Assembly (NCBI RefSeq): GCF_036321535.1
Contig: NC_087436.1
Location: forward strand, 9,362,001-9,426,000
Reading direction: 5' to 3'
Origin: Camelus dromedarius
Taxonomy: Eukaryota
DNA length: 64,000 nt
In this document: one piece after another, positions 1-12,239 of the stretch
Layout: each line of letters begins with the position of its first letter
Numbering within the stretch: the stretch's first letter is position 1
Translations under genes and position numbers: made by a program
Notes under the pieces: generated by a model
What the model saw: only the letters and a program-made list of their open reading frames with translations
What the model was told of the DNA's origin: nothing
Database searches by the model: none

Positions 1-140
1 CAGGAACTCTCCCATTTGTGGCCAGCTGTCCAGGACTGTGGGTGCCTGGGAACCCCAAACTTGCAGCTGTTGTCTGAAGTAGGGCGGTCTTGTAGAGAAA
101 TGTCCTTAACTTGTGAAGTCTGGCCTAACTCCAGGCGGTG
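1..140 (+). mobile_element. 3' part of a MER21-like LTR, cut by the window edge
   Basis: 'aaacttgcagctgttgtctgaagtagggcggtcttgt...ccttaacttgtgaagtctggcctaactccagg' resembles the MER21 3' end as I recall it. Confidence 0.6.
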
Positions 141-2477
141 ACCCAAGTCATTGTGACCTAGTTATTGATGGCATTTTTGTCAATGTTATTAGAATAAATC
201 CTGAGGTCGCATTTTTCCATATCTGCAGACCAAGGAAGATTTCTTAGTAATTCACATTTTTTAAATTTTGCATTATAGCATGTACTTTTTATCTTCTATT
301 TTTAAGGAAATTTGCCTTAAATGTTGCTTGAGAGTATAATAAAGAATAAATTGTGTCTGCAACAATCTTTAACATGTATTTCATAATTTATATTACATGC
401 TTTTTTTCTATTTTCAGTTAAGCTTAGGTTTTCAGTGGTGGTAAATGGCCGATAGACACAAAGCGTTTTTAATTTGAGTTTGAAGGTCTGCTTACATGAA
501 CTGAATTGCATTGTGAGACATAATCTTTGTATTTTAATTAATTAATTAACATATATATGTATGTATGTCTGTATGTTTATTTTTGTGTGGTGTGTTCCAC
601 ATTGCATTACCTTAGGTTCTTATTTTTCTTAGTATTAGCTTTTAGGGGGGGAGTAGAATAGTACTTTTACTGCAATAATTTAGAAGAGAATTTTCTAAAA
701 TGTTATTCATTCTGCAATTTGACTGTAATTGTGGTGGGGGTTGGAGGCATTGATTCAAAGTAGAATTTGAAGATGTATTATGAACAGTGATGCCCTGGAT
801 CTTTTTGTATTAAGGTCATGATTAGGGCTGGAATGCTGAGGTTGGTGTCACAGCATAATTCCCAATGGATTCATGCTCGAGAACTATGGAAAATAGGTAG
901 ATGATAGAGTAAAAAATAAAAATAAATAAATACAGGAAAGAATGTCTGAGTAAAACTGTATAAGACAAGGTACAGCACATACTTCTTGTGAATGTCTCTA
1001 AATCTCATGGAATGTAGTATCAAAAGAAAGATGCATTCTCCTGTACTTTGTCGGCTGCGGAGGGACACAGCATGAGGACCGCTGCCACCTCAAGGCATTT
1101 CTGGGGCTGTTGCAAAGGGGATGACACCTGCAGCAGCAGGAGAGACGCCCCAGTGCTCAGTACAGCAGTGACAGCACCTGTCAGAGTCTGTACTTCCCAA
1201 GGCAGCATCCGTAAGCGCCTAACAGCACAGTGAAGATGCTGACAGGGAGAAAGACCCTCAGGAGAGCGCCTGTTCCATCAGGTAGAACCCTGCAGTGCCT
1301 GCGGAAAAAATGGTCAAACCAGCAGGGAGCTGGCAGGTTACAGCCCCCAGAAGTCCGTGTAAAAGGCGAGCAGGGCACCTCGTGGCCCTCCAAAAAAGCC
1401 CTGAAGCATGAATAATAGAGAAATATCTGAGGGGAAATATGAAGGATCCTAAGAACCTCAGTGATAAGGTGCAGGAGTTCATGGATTGTGGAAGTAAAGC
1501 ACAGACAGTTGAAATCTGGGGAAATTAAGATGATGTGTCCTTAACACTTTTTAAATGATTTTTGCTATGAGATAGTAAACTTGTAATTGCCAAAGAATAG
1601 ATGGTTTCTTAAACAAAATATATTTAAGTCCTTCAATAATTTTCTGAGCAGCTGTTACCGCTGACTCATAATTTCTGAAACACATTTTAAAGTATAACGG
1701 GAAATATTTGAAAAGTTACATTATGGAGATGAAGCAAAAACTTCGCCATTGCTTTAAAGTCTTACCATCGCCCAGGAAGAATGATGAATAATTTATCTGG
1801 AGTAAATCCAACAATTTTCTGTAATGTACATAAAACACTCTTATGAAAATGTCTCCTCCTTCAGGGAGAAGAGATTTTCTTTGCTTTTTCATGCAACACA
1901 AATGTTTTGGAGACACGATTCTGAAAAAGATGTGGTCCAAGGGTTCGTCTTTGATAAGCCCAGTCCTCAGGTTGTAAATGAGCTGTGCACCAAGAGTTCC
2001 TCTTCATTTCATTCCTTCATTCTTTCCATTTGTTTGAGCTCAGAAGTGCCTGCTCCCATAGAATTAATGTTATAAAGAGTACTCAAGTCCTCAGTGCAGA
2101 ACAGCTCCTCTGCCCGATTTTACAGTCACCAAGAGAAGTCAGCAACTAATTGGTGGTAACAGAACAACGGCAAGATTAAGGGGGAGGAAAAATTAGAATG
2201 AGGACTGCCATATTCGCTTCTTTCCTGAATTCCGTGGACCACGATACTGATGGCTCGAACTCCATCATATTCCCTAATCCACCAGTTGTAACATTATTAC
2301 TGCCTCTCACACCCTCCCAACCTAGACCCGCTTGGTACTCTGGAAAGCTACCTTCCTATGTTCTTGTAAATGCAAAGGAAAGGACAGAAGGAAACGTCTC
2401 ATACTTGCTTTCAGAACTAGTCTAAAGTGTGGAGGAGACACTATAAATATCTACTACTCCAAGGTAGAAATCTGAGG

Positions 2478-3300
2478 CAATTTATTTATTCAACAGAAGC
2501 GTATTGAAGGCCACTACATGGAAAGTGCTATACGGTGGTGAATCCAGCCTTGACCTCATTAGACTGACAGTCTAGCGAGATAAACAAATGACCATCCAAG
2601 AATAAAATAAATGAAGAACTAGTTAGGGCAAGTGCATGATGCTATAGGAGCACATGGAGCTCTTGTGGAAGGCACGCATGTACGGTTTGCCAGTTGAAGC
2701 TGTAGGATGCTGAAGAGATAATTACAGGTGACATGTGGAGGAAAGCATTACACGCAGAGGGGCTGCCAGAAGCAAAGCTTATGCAGAGGCCCAGGGATAG
2801 GAAGCGCTGAGAAGTAAGCCTCGTGCAAAGCCCTGGAATGATCTGAATGTGAATCGATGTGGTAGGATGGAAGGTGAATGGCCAGAACTGCATTTATAGT
2901 TCAAAACTAACACCTGGCTACTAAAGAGTGGATGCATATAAGAGTTGGCACAGGAATAATGGTTATTTATGCATCTGTTGCAAGAGATGATGGTAGCTTG
3001 GATTAGGATGATCATGAGAGAAAGAGAAAGATTAGAGTGAATTCTGGACATTTTAGGAAATGTATGATTTAGTCTTGAGATGGATCCAACACAGTTAATG
3101 GGAAAGAAAGTTGTGAAAAAAAAATCACTATTAGGTTTAAATCCTCCAGACCTGACTTCCACAATTGCACAGGAGCACTGATGTAAATATATAGGAGACA
3201 GCAGAGAGAGCCCTCTTGAAATCATTTGGCTCACATATAACATAGAACTTACCAAAATGACACCATTTGCCCAAGAGTAAAATAGAAATTTTCTGACAAT
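2478..3300 (-). mobile_element. L2 LINE fragment (3' region)
   Basis: Starts with the antisense L2 tail 'atttatttattcaacagaagcgtattgaaggccactacatg', followed by purine-rich L2 antisense sequence ('gatgatggtagcttggattagg'). Confidence 0.7.
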
Positions 3301-3999
3301 GAGAACCAGAGTGACAGCCAATTGGTCACAAACCACAGGGTGCAGAATAACACAGTCAGCACCTGGGACAATGAAAGGACACAGCTGAAATACTGGGAGA
3401 CCCCCTACACCACAGGGTGAATGGGGTCAAGAACATAGAGAGAGGAGCTAAGCTGGTCCATTATCAAGGATGCTTAGTGTCCCCAGCTGTGAGTCAGATA
3501 TAATTAACCTTGAAGCAGGTAGCACTCAGATTCTGTGTCCTGCTGGGTAGTATTTTAGGGTTACTCAAATCTTTTATGCTTCTGAATTTTTAAAATAGCA
3601 ACTTCAATTTGCCTGTGATGTTTTCACTGCTTCTTTCAGTTCAGAAAACAAATTAAATTATCATTGGAAATGTTGGTAATTAAATATAGAGATGGTTAAG
3701 TAACTCAAATAAATACTATTAGCCTTAAGTTTAGAAATAATCTGTGCATGTTAAAACGTATACAATGTTTCTTAAAAATATAACATAAAAATATAACAAA
3801 GGCTAGAGGGGACCCTAATGTATTCATTTTAAAATTCATCATTGATGTTGCTCTTTTCATTTTAATCTAGACTATCTGAGTGAATTTGTCTAGCTTTGAG
3901 TACAGTGTTATAATGTAGAAGATAATTAAAATTTTACTATCATTTGTTATTTAATTTTATTTTCAAGAATGTGATATTTCCGACTATGATTGGTAAGCG

Positions 4000-6050
4000 T
4001 CTAAGGTCAGAGTGGGGCTTCAGGGAGGAAGATACAGATGTTTGAGGTGGGAGGCAGTGTGTCCAGAAACCCACCGAAGCTTCCGTTGAATTCAGAATAG
4101 ACTGAGAAGATACAGGCCAGGCTCCAATAGCGCCATCACAGCCTACGTATGGCATCACTCAGATCCATTCCAGCTTCACTCGAAGTTCAATCTGTCCTCT
4201 CTCGAGGAGGCCAAAATCACTAGTTGACAGTCAGAACTGTAGGACTGGTGGAAATTCTACCATGTCAGCCGGTGGAGTCATTTCATTCTTAGGATCAGGA
4301 CATCTAATCCAACAGAGACAATGCTGTGGCTGAAAGCGTAACTTTCTCTAGGTGGTGCTTGGGGACAGTGGTGAGAGGATCCCGTTCCACTTTATCTCTT
4401 GGTTCCTGGACTCATACTGTAGGTTGTTGAGATGCAGCATCTTGTAACGGCTCCTTATTCAATATCTGGAAATACACCTCAACACTCTACAGGGTACCAT
4501 TCCAGAGTTGGTGCCTTCTTTATATGTTTAAGAGCCACTCCAATGTTCCCTCTGGCCCATAACTTCTGGGTAATATGGCATAAAATGGGACAGATATCCA
4601 TGATGTGGACTTAGCAATGGTCCCCGCCAGTGACAGGTCAGACATTTAGTAGCTGGGTTAATATGGGTCACAGAGATCCACCACCAGATCCACCCACAAG
4701 CCTACTGCCCAGAACTTCTTGTATATGATCCTCTACTCTTTCACTACCCAAGACTCTAATTCTCCTTCCAAGTTATTTGTCACTGCCCAGAAATCTGTAT
4801 ATACCCTTGCTTTAGCAATTTTCCTTCCACTCAAAGTGGATACCTGAGCATATGGCTTAAGACTCTAGCTGATGGAAGGATTTTGTTTCACTATTGCCTT
4901 CAGGGTCACCTCTAATTTGGATTGTGATGTAGCAGAAGTCCAGTTTTCTAGTCAAACCAGCTTATCCAGCTGATCTGCTCTAGATCGAAGACCCAGATTA
5001 TTCTTCTACATCAGCGACTCATAAGGAATTAATCCCTCCTCCCCTATGACACCATACGGTGGGGCTTAATGAGAGAGGTCAATGTGACAAAGAGAGATAG
5101 CATAGACATGGATGCACATACTATTTATGTTCTCACTTACACACTCTACACATGGTTAGACTCCATCAGTACCCAGCTTTCTGATTTGGCACGCCTGACA
5201 CATCAAGTTCATGAGGGTCACCTCTGATCCCATGGTCCTCACTGTTCCATCCCTGGGTGCTGAGTATCTCCTGGGACCTAGCAGCATGTCAAAATCTGCT
5301 GGTTTCTGCTACATACATCACACCTTTTCTCCAGAAATGCATGAGTCTTCACTGTTTTCCCCTGATCATTGTTTCCAGAAACTCCGTGAAAGAAGCTCAT
5401 TTACCTCCAGCTCCTTTGGGTCTATCAGATGAAATGACCAAGCTGGCAAACCGCTTGCACCAGAGCCTGGATCTCCTGCAGAGCACTGTTTTGCTCTGGG
5501 TCCACCCAAAGTTGGTAGGTAGTCTTTGAATTATCTAATAAATAGATTGAAGCAGTATTCCAAAAAGAGCTATATTCTGCTCCAAAATCCAAAAATACCT
5601 ACAGAGCACTGTTCTCCGTACTAGTGGTCGGAGAGGCAAGGTGTAACAATTTGTCCTTCCATCGATGGGATGCCCTGGCATCTTCAGACAAGTGGAGCAT
5701 TTACGAAGTCCCCCATGTGACGGGTCCCTGAACCATCACAACATTTATTTTTGAGCCTTTGCTGCAAGTGAATCTTACCAGGGAAGTGAAAGTTCTTATT
5801 CCCCTAATGTCATTGATCAATAGAGAATCTGATCTAAGAGCATTAAGGTGACCAAATTTTCTTTAAATGTGTAAGAAAGTTACTGTAGCTCTGAGGTAGG
5901 ATACAATGTCTATCATCTTTCCTTATGGAGACTGAAAACAGCACGTTGCCAGATCATTAGCTATATACGCATTCCAGAGCTGGTTAAATCTTCAATTATG
6001 AATTGAGTATTTCATGGTCTTTATCCCCTCAGTGATAAATTATTGCACAA
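4000..6050 (-). pseudogene. pol: Heavily decayed ERV-L (class III) internal region, pol relic
   Basis: The minus strand gives RT motif remnants in the right order: 'gctaatgatctggcaacgtgctgttttc' (~AIDLANAFFS), 'atcctacctcagagctac' (~LPQGY), 'gtaggtatttttggattttgg' (VGIFGFW) and 'ccagagcaaaacagtgctctgcaggagatccaggctctggtgcaagcg' (PEQNSALQEIQALVQA, cf. ERV-L PEQEKALQQVQAAVQA). Many stops and frameshifts. Confidence 0.75.
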
Positions 6051-6539
6051 TTAAATTGAAATAATACATCTATGACAGGTTCAAGGTGCTCTATAGAAGG
6101 GAACAAGAACCCCAAATAGAAGAGTCCCCTGGCTAATGAGGACATTCCAGTTGTTATCTTGGAATCACATGTCACATACATTAGAAAATTGGTCCTAGTG
6201 GCAAATGTTTTAGACCCTAGGAAGATGCATGATTCACAGTGAAGTCCACTCATTACATGACCAAGACTGAGAATCACTGGAAAGTAAGGACACTTCACCT
6301 GCTGGCACAAATATCACCTCAACAGGAGAATTATTAGATCTATGCCATCACACTGGGCATGGAGGGAAAAACAAACAGAGAAAAGGACTTGGCTCAGTGG
6401 AAAGTAATACTCTCACACATACTAAGGTGTGCATACCAAAGTGATGGTCGACTTTGAGAAATACGAAAATGCTTTAGTTGGTAAATTGGAGACTTATGAG
6501 GCAGAAAATATTTTCTCTAACAGGAGTTACTGATAAATA

Positions 6540-6915
6540 AGGTCAAAGGAAAACAGACAGACAAACATCTTAGTGGTCTATGACAATAAAATTTCATTTC
6601 TCCCTTATTGTCCATGCCCATTCTCAGGTAAGGGGCATTATGAGCATAGAAGGGGCTCACGTTCTCAAGTTACCTCCTGCTGAGACCAAGGCTGACATCA
6701 TGTTTTTATCTGGAGCTCTTCACTCGAGAGAGCACAGGGAAAGAGGAAGTGTGTCATGCAAAGCACAGGCTATTTTCGCACTTCTTTCTGGAACTGATAC
6801 TGGCATTTCATTGGCCAAAGGCAGTGACATAGCAAAGTCCAGTCCTGGGAAGGCAAGGCAAAATAAGCACCTCCTTCACAGTAGAAAAGGAGGCATTTAT
6901 GAATCTACCACCGTG
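6540..6915 (-). mobile_element. MLT1-type (ERVL-MaLR) solo LTR
   Basis: The minus strand begins 'gtggtagattc', contains 'atgtcactgcctttggccaatgaaatg' and ends 'gagaaatgaaattttattgtcatagaccactaagatgttt', all MLT1-like. Confidence 0.65.
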
Positions 6916-7487
6916 GGCCTTGGAACATATTTCTTTATCACCATAAGAGCAAGGGTCATAGGCTCCCCTGATTATGAGGTTCGTGTCAGTTGCAGTGACC
7001 AATTACTGTAAATACCAGTTGGTCAAATCACATGTTTAGAAATCTTTTTTTTTGTACAAATCAAAGGTAGAAAGTTGTGGATATCAGTAAACTAACAGTA
7101 TCAAATCTTTCTCCTTCATCTCAGCGTTTTTGCATCTTGAGAAGAATGGATAAGCGTAATGAACGTGGATCCATTTTTCTCCCAAAATCATCCACAGGTG
7201 AAGAGACTGCAGTCCCCAGGAGGAATCCTAGCACAAACCAAGATGCTACTTCTCATCTGTAACTTCAGCTAAAACCACATGTCTAATGCAGCAACAGTGA
7301 AGGAATGAAAAGTAACTGCAGAAATAAAACACTGATACTAGATAATCTATTTAAAATAAAATATGATTGAAGAGAAACAAAGGGGATCATGAAAATGAAA
7401 GGTTATAAACAAATTGTCTCTACAGCCGAACACTAATGGACCTGGACGTCTGAGCAGAAAAAGAGTCAGAGTGCCGTATTAGGAACA

Positions 7488-7595
7488 ATCATTCAAGAAC
7501 TATTTATGGAGAACCAAATATATTCCAGGTATAGTTCTTAGTGCTTCATATTATTAGTGAAACAAACATCCCTTCCCTTGTCCTGCTAGAGGACC
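7488..7595 (-). mobile_element. Short L2 3' end fragment
   Basis: 'atcattcaagaactatttatggagaaccaaatatattccaggtatagttcttagtgct' fits the antisense L2 tail pattern. Confidence 0.5.
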
Positions 7596-8599
7596 TTTTG
7601 TGCCTGTGTTTGCTGTTCTGTAGGCAAATATAGAACATATTTATTTAATCACATGTGTATGTACATGTAAATATATTAAATATACACCTATCATTGACAT
7701 GTATCTATAAAATAATACAATTTAGGCTGAAAAAAAGAGAAAAAAATCTACTTTATTATGACAAAAGAATATTGAAATAAATGAGAGTCTTTTTCACATT
7801 GTAATTACGACTTGCAAGTCAGTCACACATTGCTATTCACAGAAAGCTTTAAAATATTACTTTAGGGGATACAGTTCTAATTTTTATTTAATCATTCTTA
7901 TCATTTATTTGAAGTAGGAAGTATCCTGCTGTTTTACATTTTCTGTGTCTCTGTGAAATATTGGCACAGCAATGAAGTTCAAAAAGAAAATCCCTTTTAA
8001 ATTTAAAATAGTAATTAGACTAGGAATAATAATAAAATAATAGTAATACTACTACTAATAAATAAAGAAAACAGTGTATCAGCCAGCAGTGCCTTGCACT
8101 AGCACACAGTATTGTCTCTCTTCCTGGAAGAAGGTGGCGAACACACCATCTTTGAGAGAGAGAAGATACGCAGAGACAGGGAACTCCAGTGAGACAGCAG
8201 TCATCACTTTGCCCTGCTCCATCAATAGTTATGTGACTTAAAAACACCAAGACACATTTTAAATTAAGTTCCTGAAGGATAACTAATGCAAATGCTTTGT
8301 CACATCTTTTCACAAAAGTTTTAGTGAAATCTGCTTATGTGGGTTTCATTATTTACTACCCCCACCTTTTATTGTTGTTGCTATTGTTGCTAGAGGTGTA
8401 GGGGGTGGGGAGGGGAAAGGTGAACATGGACAGAAAACAACTCAGGATAATTTGATTCAAGATACAGAACTTAACTGTATATTTGAGTATAGAAGCACCC
8501 CAGCTATGGGCCATGAGCTAGGGCACACTTGAAACAGTGGCTTCACACTGTTGAATGTGTGATTGCAGAAGAGGGATTGGCTGGGAATTCTCATCAAGT

Positions 8600-9114
8600 C
8601 AAGTGCAGAGCGACATTGCTATAGACGAAGAAGAGCATTCTAGAAAGACAGGCTCACAGAACAAATGAACATCATGGCAAAAGAAGCAATACATATTTTT
8701 AAGTGATACAATTTGATAGAACAAAATAAAAATGAAAATTAGAATTGGAAAACTCTGAAATGAGGTGATAAATAAAAGGAAAACATTTCAGATGAATCAG
8801 TGAATTCTGAACTAGAAATAAATAGACATGAATAAGTATACAGATAAATATGTAGTTCAGCAAAAACAGATAAAAAAATGTTTAGAATAATAAGATCTAA
8901 TAAGATGATTCCCTAAAGAAGAAAAGAAAGTCAAGTAAATTAAAACTAATGCTAAAATCTGTAACTCAAAGAAGCTCTCCCTCTCAAAAAAAAAAAAAAA
9001 AAAAGATTTTAAAATACATTTAGAAATACGTACCTGATATTATTAGCCCAGAACAATCAACAACAAAATAAATTCCAAAATAATTACCAGATTAAAATAG
9101 AGAAAGAAAGAAAG

Positions 9115-9193
<79 letters not shown>

Positions 9194-9960
9194 GAAAGAA
9201 AAAGAAAAAGAAAGAAAGGGCAAAAGAAAAAGAGAGGAAGAGGACCCAGAGAAAGGGAAGTAAGGAGGCAGGAAGAAGCGAGGAAGGGGGGGGCTAGAAA
9301 TGTCATTTAAATATTCGAGTGAAAAGATCAAATCACTCTTCTGATATGAAAAACAAAACAAACGACAAGAAAAATAACCAGATTGGAATTGTTACCAGAG
9401 TTTCCAAAAATAACGTGTTATGCCAAAATAAATATATTTGAGCTTGCAAGAAATGAAAATGGGAGCCAAGGATTTTATGAAGCTAAACTGGCTTCTAAGC
9501 TTATAAGCTGCAGACAATTTGGAAGAGAAAGCTAGGAGAACTCAGACCTCAGAGAAACAAAATGACTAGTCAGACACTGACATACATCATCACTAGCAGA
9601 GAAGAGAAAGATTTGCATTTAGTACAAAGACTAAATGAGGGCTTCAAGACAGAGGAACCTTACATAAAGACTATACAGTGTGATAATGTAGATCTACACA
9701 TTTAAAAATGGGACGAAATGACAAAAATACATAATTTCTTTTTTGAATCATAATGGTCACAGTAATATTGGTATTGTTCAAAGAGAATATTGCACATGAA
9801 ATGCAGAATTAAATCAGTGAATAATTATTATGTGAAATTCTACTTCTGTTATCTTCTCTGTCCATGAAAGCTAAACTCTTCATTGTGAACAGAGAAAAAT
9901 AGATGTAACTGGAGCAGAAAAATACAGCATGAATCTAGAATATCTTTTCAGAACACATGG
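8600..9960 (+). mobile_element. Ancient L1M/HAL1-like ORF1-region relic, interrupted by a microsatellite
   Basis: Very A-rich, with decayed ORF1-like segments ('taagatctaataagatgattccctaaagaagaaaaga', 'gagccaaggattttatgaagctaaactg'). Confidence 0.5.
9099..9220 (+). repeat. Polypurine tract with a perfect (AAAG)19 microsatellite at 9117-9192
   Basis: Read directly: 122 consecutive purines. Confidence 0.97.
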
Positions 9961-9990
9961 CACATGGCAAAGAAACTATCAAAAACTAAT

Positions 9991-10455
9991 GTATTTTTCT
10001 TTCTCTTTCTGGCTTATGTCACTTATCAGGATGCTCTCCAGGTCCATCCATGTTGCTGCAAATTGCATTATTTTATTATTTTTTATAGGTGAGTATTATA
10101 TGATAACACTTATATGTGAAATCTAAATTTAAAAAAGAAAGACACAAACAAGCTTATTTACAAAACAGAAATAGACTCACAGACATAGAAAACCAACTTA
10201 TAGTTACCAGAGGGAAAGGGAGATAGGTGGAGGGATAAATTTGGAATTTGCAGATACACTCTACTATATACAAAATACGTAAACAACAAGGTCCTGCTCT
10301 ATAGCACAGGGAACTATATTCAATATCTTGTAGTAAACTATAATGAAAAAGAATATGAAAAGGAATATATAAACGTATAACTGAAACACTATACTGTACA
10401 CCAGAAACCAACACAACATCATAAACCAGGTATACTTCAATTTAAAAAAAAGATT
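9991..10455 (+). mobile_element. 5'-truncated, 5'-inverted L1 (ORF2 end inverted at ~9991-10097; sense 3'UTR and A-tail at ~10098-10455)
   Basis: Antisense 'gtatttttctttctctttctgg...ccatccatgttgctgcaaattgcatt' is joined to sense 'atatgataacacttatatgtg...tgtacaccagaaaccaacacaacat...tatacttcaatttaaaaaaaa'. Near-TSD aaaaactaatgt / aaaaattaacgt. Confidence 0.9.
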
Positions 10456-10999
10456 AAAAATTAACGTTGCATCAAAGGTACCTAAAGTCAATATGAAAAG
10501 GCACGTTGAAGGTTTGGGATGGGATAACCTATCACTTTATTTCATTGATCTTCAGCTTGAGCTTAAGAAATCAAGAAGTAAACTGAAAAATTCAGGCAGG
10601 GCAGTCAACCTATAGTATCCGTCACAGGTGGTCAGGAAAGATACAAACTGCAAACACGAATACTCAGGCGTTACAAAAGTGTTTCTCTTGTTTTATGATA
10701 CTATTTAAACAGCCTAGCAGATTTCCAGTCCCTACCCATACCTTGTACAACTAAGAATGGCAAAAATTTAATCATCAATATAGTAGACACACCAGACCAT
10801 CAGCAAGGGCACCAGCGTAATACCAAGGGTGTCACACGGGCACACGGGCAGGCTGGCTCCGAAGCCACCTTGTAGACGTTTAAGAACACACGGAGCTAAA
10901 ACCCATGCCCAGAAAGAACAGTTTAAGAAGACTCATTAGTATCCCATTGTATATCAATTAACGTAATTTTGTGGATTCCCGTCACGCTCTAGACGCTAT

Positions 11000-11180
11000 G
11001 ATAAGCATTTGAAATCTTTCAGCTCTAATCCAACCATCATATCACATGAAAAGTCTATCTCTTATTCTCCATATGAGGGAGGAAATCTAGAATCAGAGAG
11101 CTTAAATGACTTATCTAAATCCACGTGATGGAAAGTAAAAAAGCTAGATATCAATTTATTTGACAAGCTCTGAGCTTCAT
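11000..11180 (-). mobile_element. MIR SINE
   Basis: 'attctccatatgagggaggaaatctagaatcagagagcttaaatgacttatctaaatccac' matches the antisense MIR core. Confidence 0.6.
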
Positions 11181-11434
11181 CTGTTTTTTTTTTTCCCACT
11201 ATAAAATATACAATATTTTTCCACTATAAAATCAGCCAAAATGTTTTTCTTTGAATAAAAGTTTTTCATTTATTAAGACCCAATTAAGATAATCCAACTC
11301 ATCTCCTGATATTTTATGAATATAACTTGTTGATCTTTCTTCATTCTGAGTATTGAAATAACAGTATTTTGTCAATGTTGTGTTAAATGGATTTTAATAT
11401 GGTAATGAGGCCTTAGAGCTACTAATTCCATTTT

Positions 11435-11900
11435 GAATCAGTTAGGAATCCAAATTGCAAGATATATAACCATCCCACTCTGATCATAGAAGAAATGTTT
11501 CTGAAAATGGATTTGGTTTGTTCCCATAACCGCCAGAGTAACTAGAAAATTAAGTTTGAGTTTTCACAGACAGGAAGATCACACCCAAATTGGCACTGTT
11601 GTTAGCCATCTGAGAACCTAACTGCCGCCGCTGGTAAGATGCTAAATGCTGTATATAACTGGCATGGCTAGTTCTCTGTTTCTGGACACCAGTGCTGTCC
11701 CTGGCACCCAGGAAACTACTTTCTGAGAGAGTCCCCTTAGGTTATGCATGAGTGACCCTAGATTCTTACTTTAGCCCCGGGGTTAATGCATTTCACAGCC
11801 TGGGTCATGTGCTTGCTTCTGGGCTATGAGGGACGGTGGGAAAGTGCGTGTGTCTCTCGTTTTCATTTTTTTGAGTAACTAACATACTCTGCCTTCTGCA
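11435..11900 (-). mobile_element. Old MLT1-type LTR fragment
   Basis: 'aattgcaagatatataaccatcccactc' start and 'gcctgggtcatgtgcttgcttctggg' resemble antisense old MLT1. Confidence 0.4.
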
Positions 11901-12211
11901 CAACTCACACGTGGGTGGGGGAAAGACCCAGAACGTCGAAGAAGGTTCAGACACTTTCCACCAAAAGACGACAGATCACCACCACAGCCATGTTTCCTAC
12001 AGGTTCAATGGCATTGATCTGTCTGATGCTTCTCCTTTTTTTTTTTTTTATTTAATCACTTTACTGTGGGCAACCGTAACTAAACTGGTTTTAAAATAAT
12101 TTGCAAGTTCCTTGTTATTTTCATTACTTGTAAGAAGATATACTATTTAACTAGATTAAAAATATAACGTCTTTTGCCTTAATTAGTAGAATATTTTCTC
12201 TCAGCTCAATT

Positions 12212-12239
12212 TGTGTGTGTGTGTGTGTGTGTGTGTGTG
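12212..12239 (+). repeat. (TG)14 microsatellite
   Basis: Read directly. Confidence 0.97.

Noticed and set aside
2779..3336. Longest ORF in the track (185 aa, minus)
   Set aside because: Lies in decayed L2 sequence, has a non-ATG start and shows no recognisable domain.
6580..7011. 143-aa plus-strand ORF
   Set aside because: Antisense to an MLT1-type LTR, with no protein resemblance or splice context.
9043..9361. Hydrophobic F/L/S-rich ORFs resembling membrane proteins
   Set aside because: They are translations of the (CTTT)n microsatellite.
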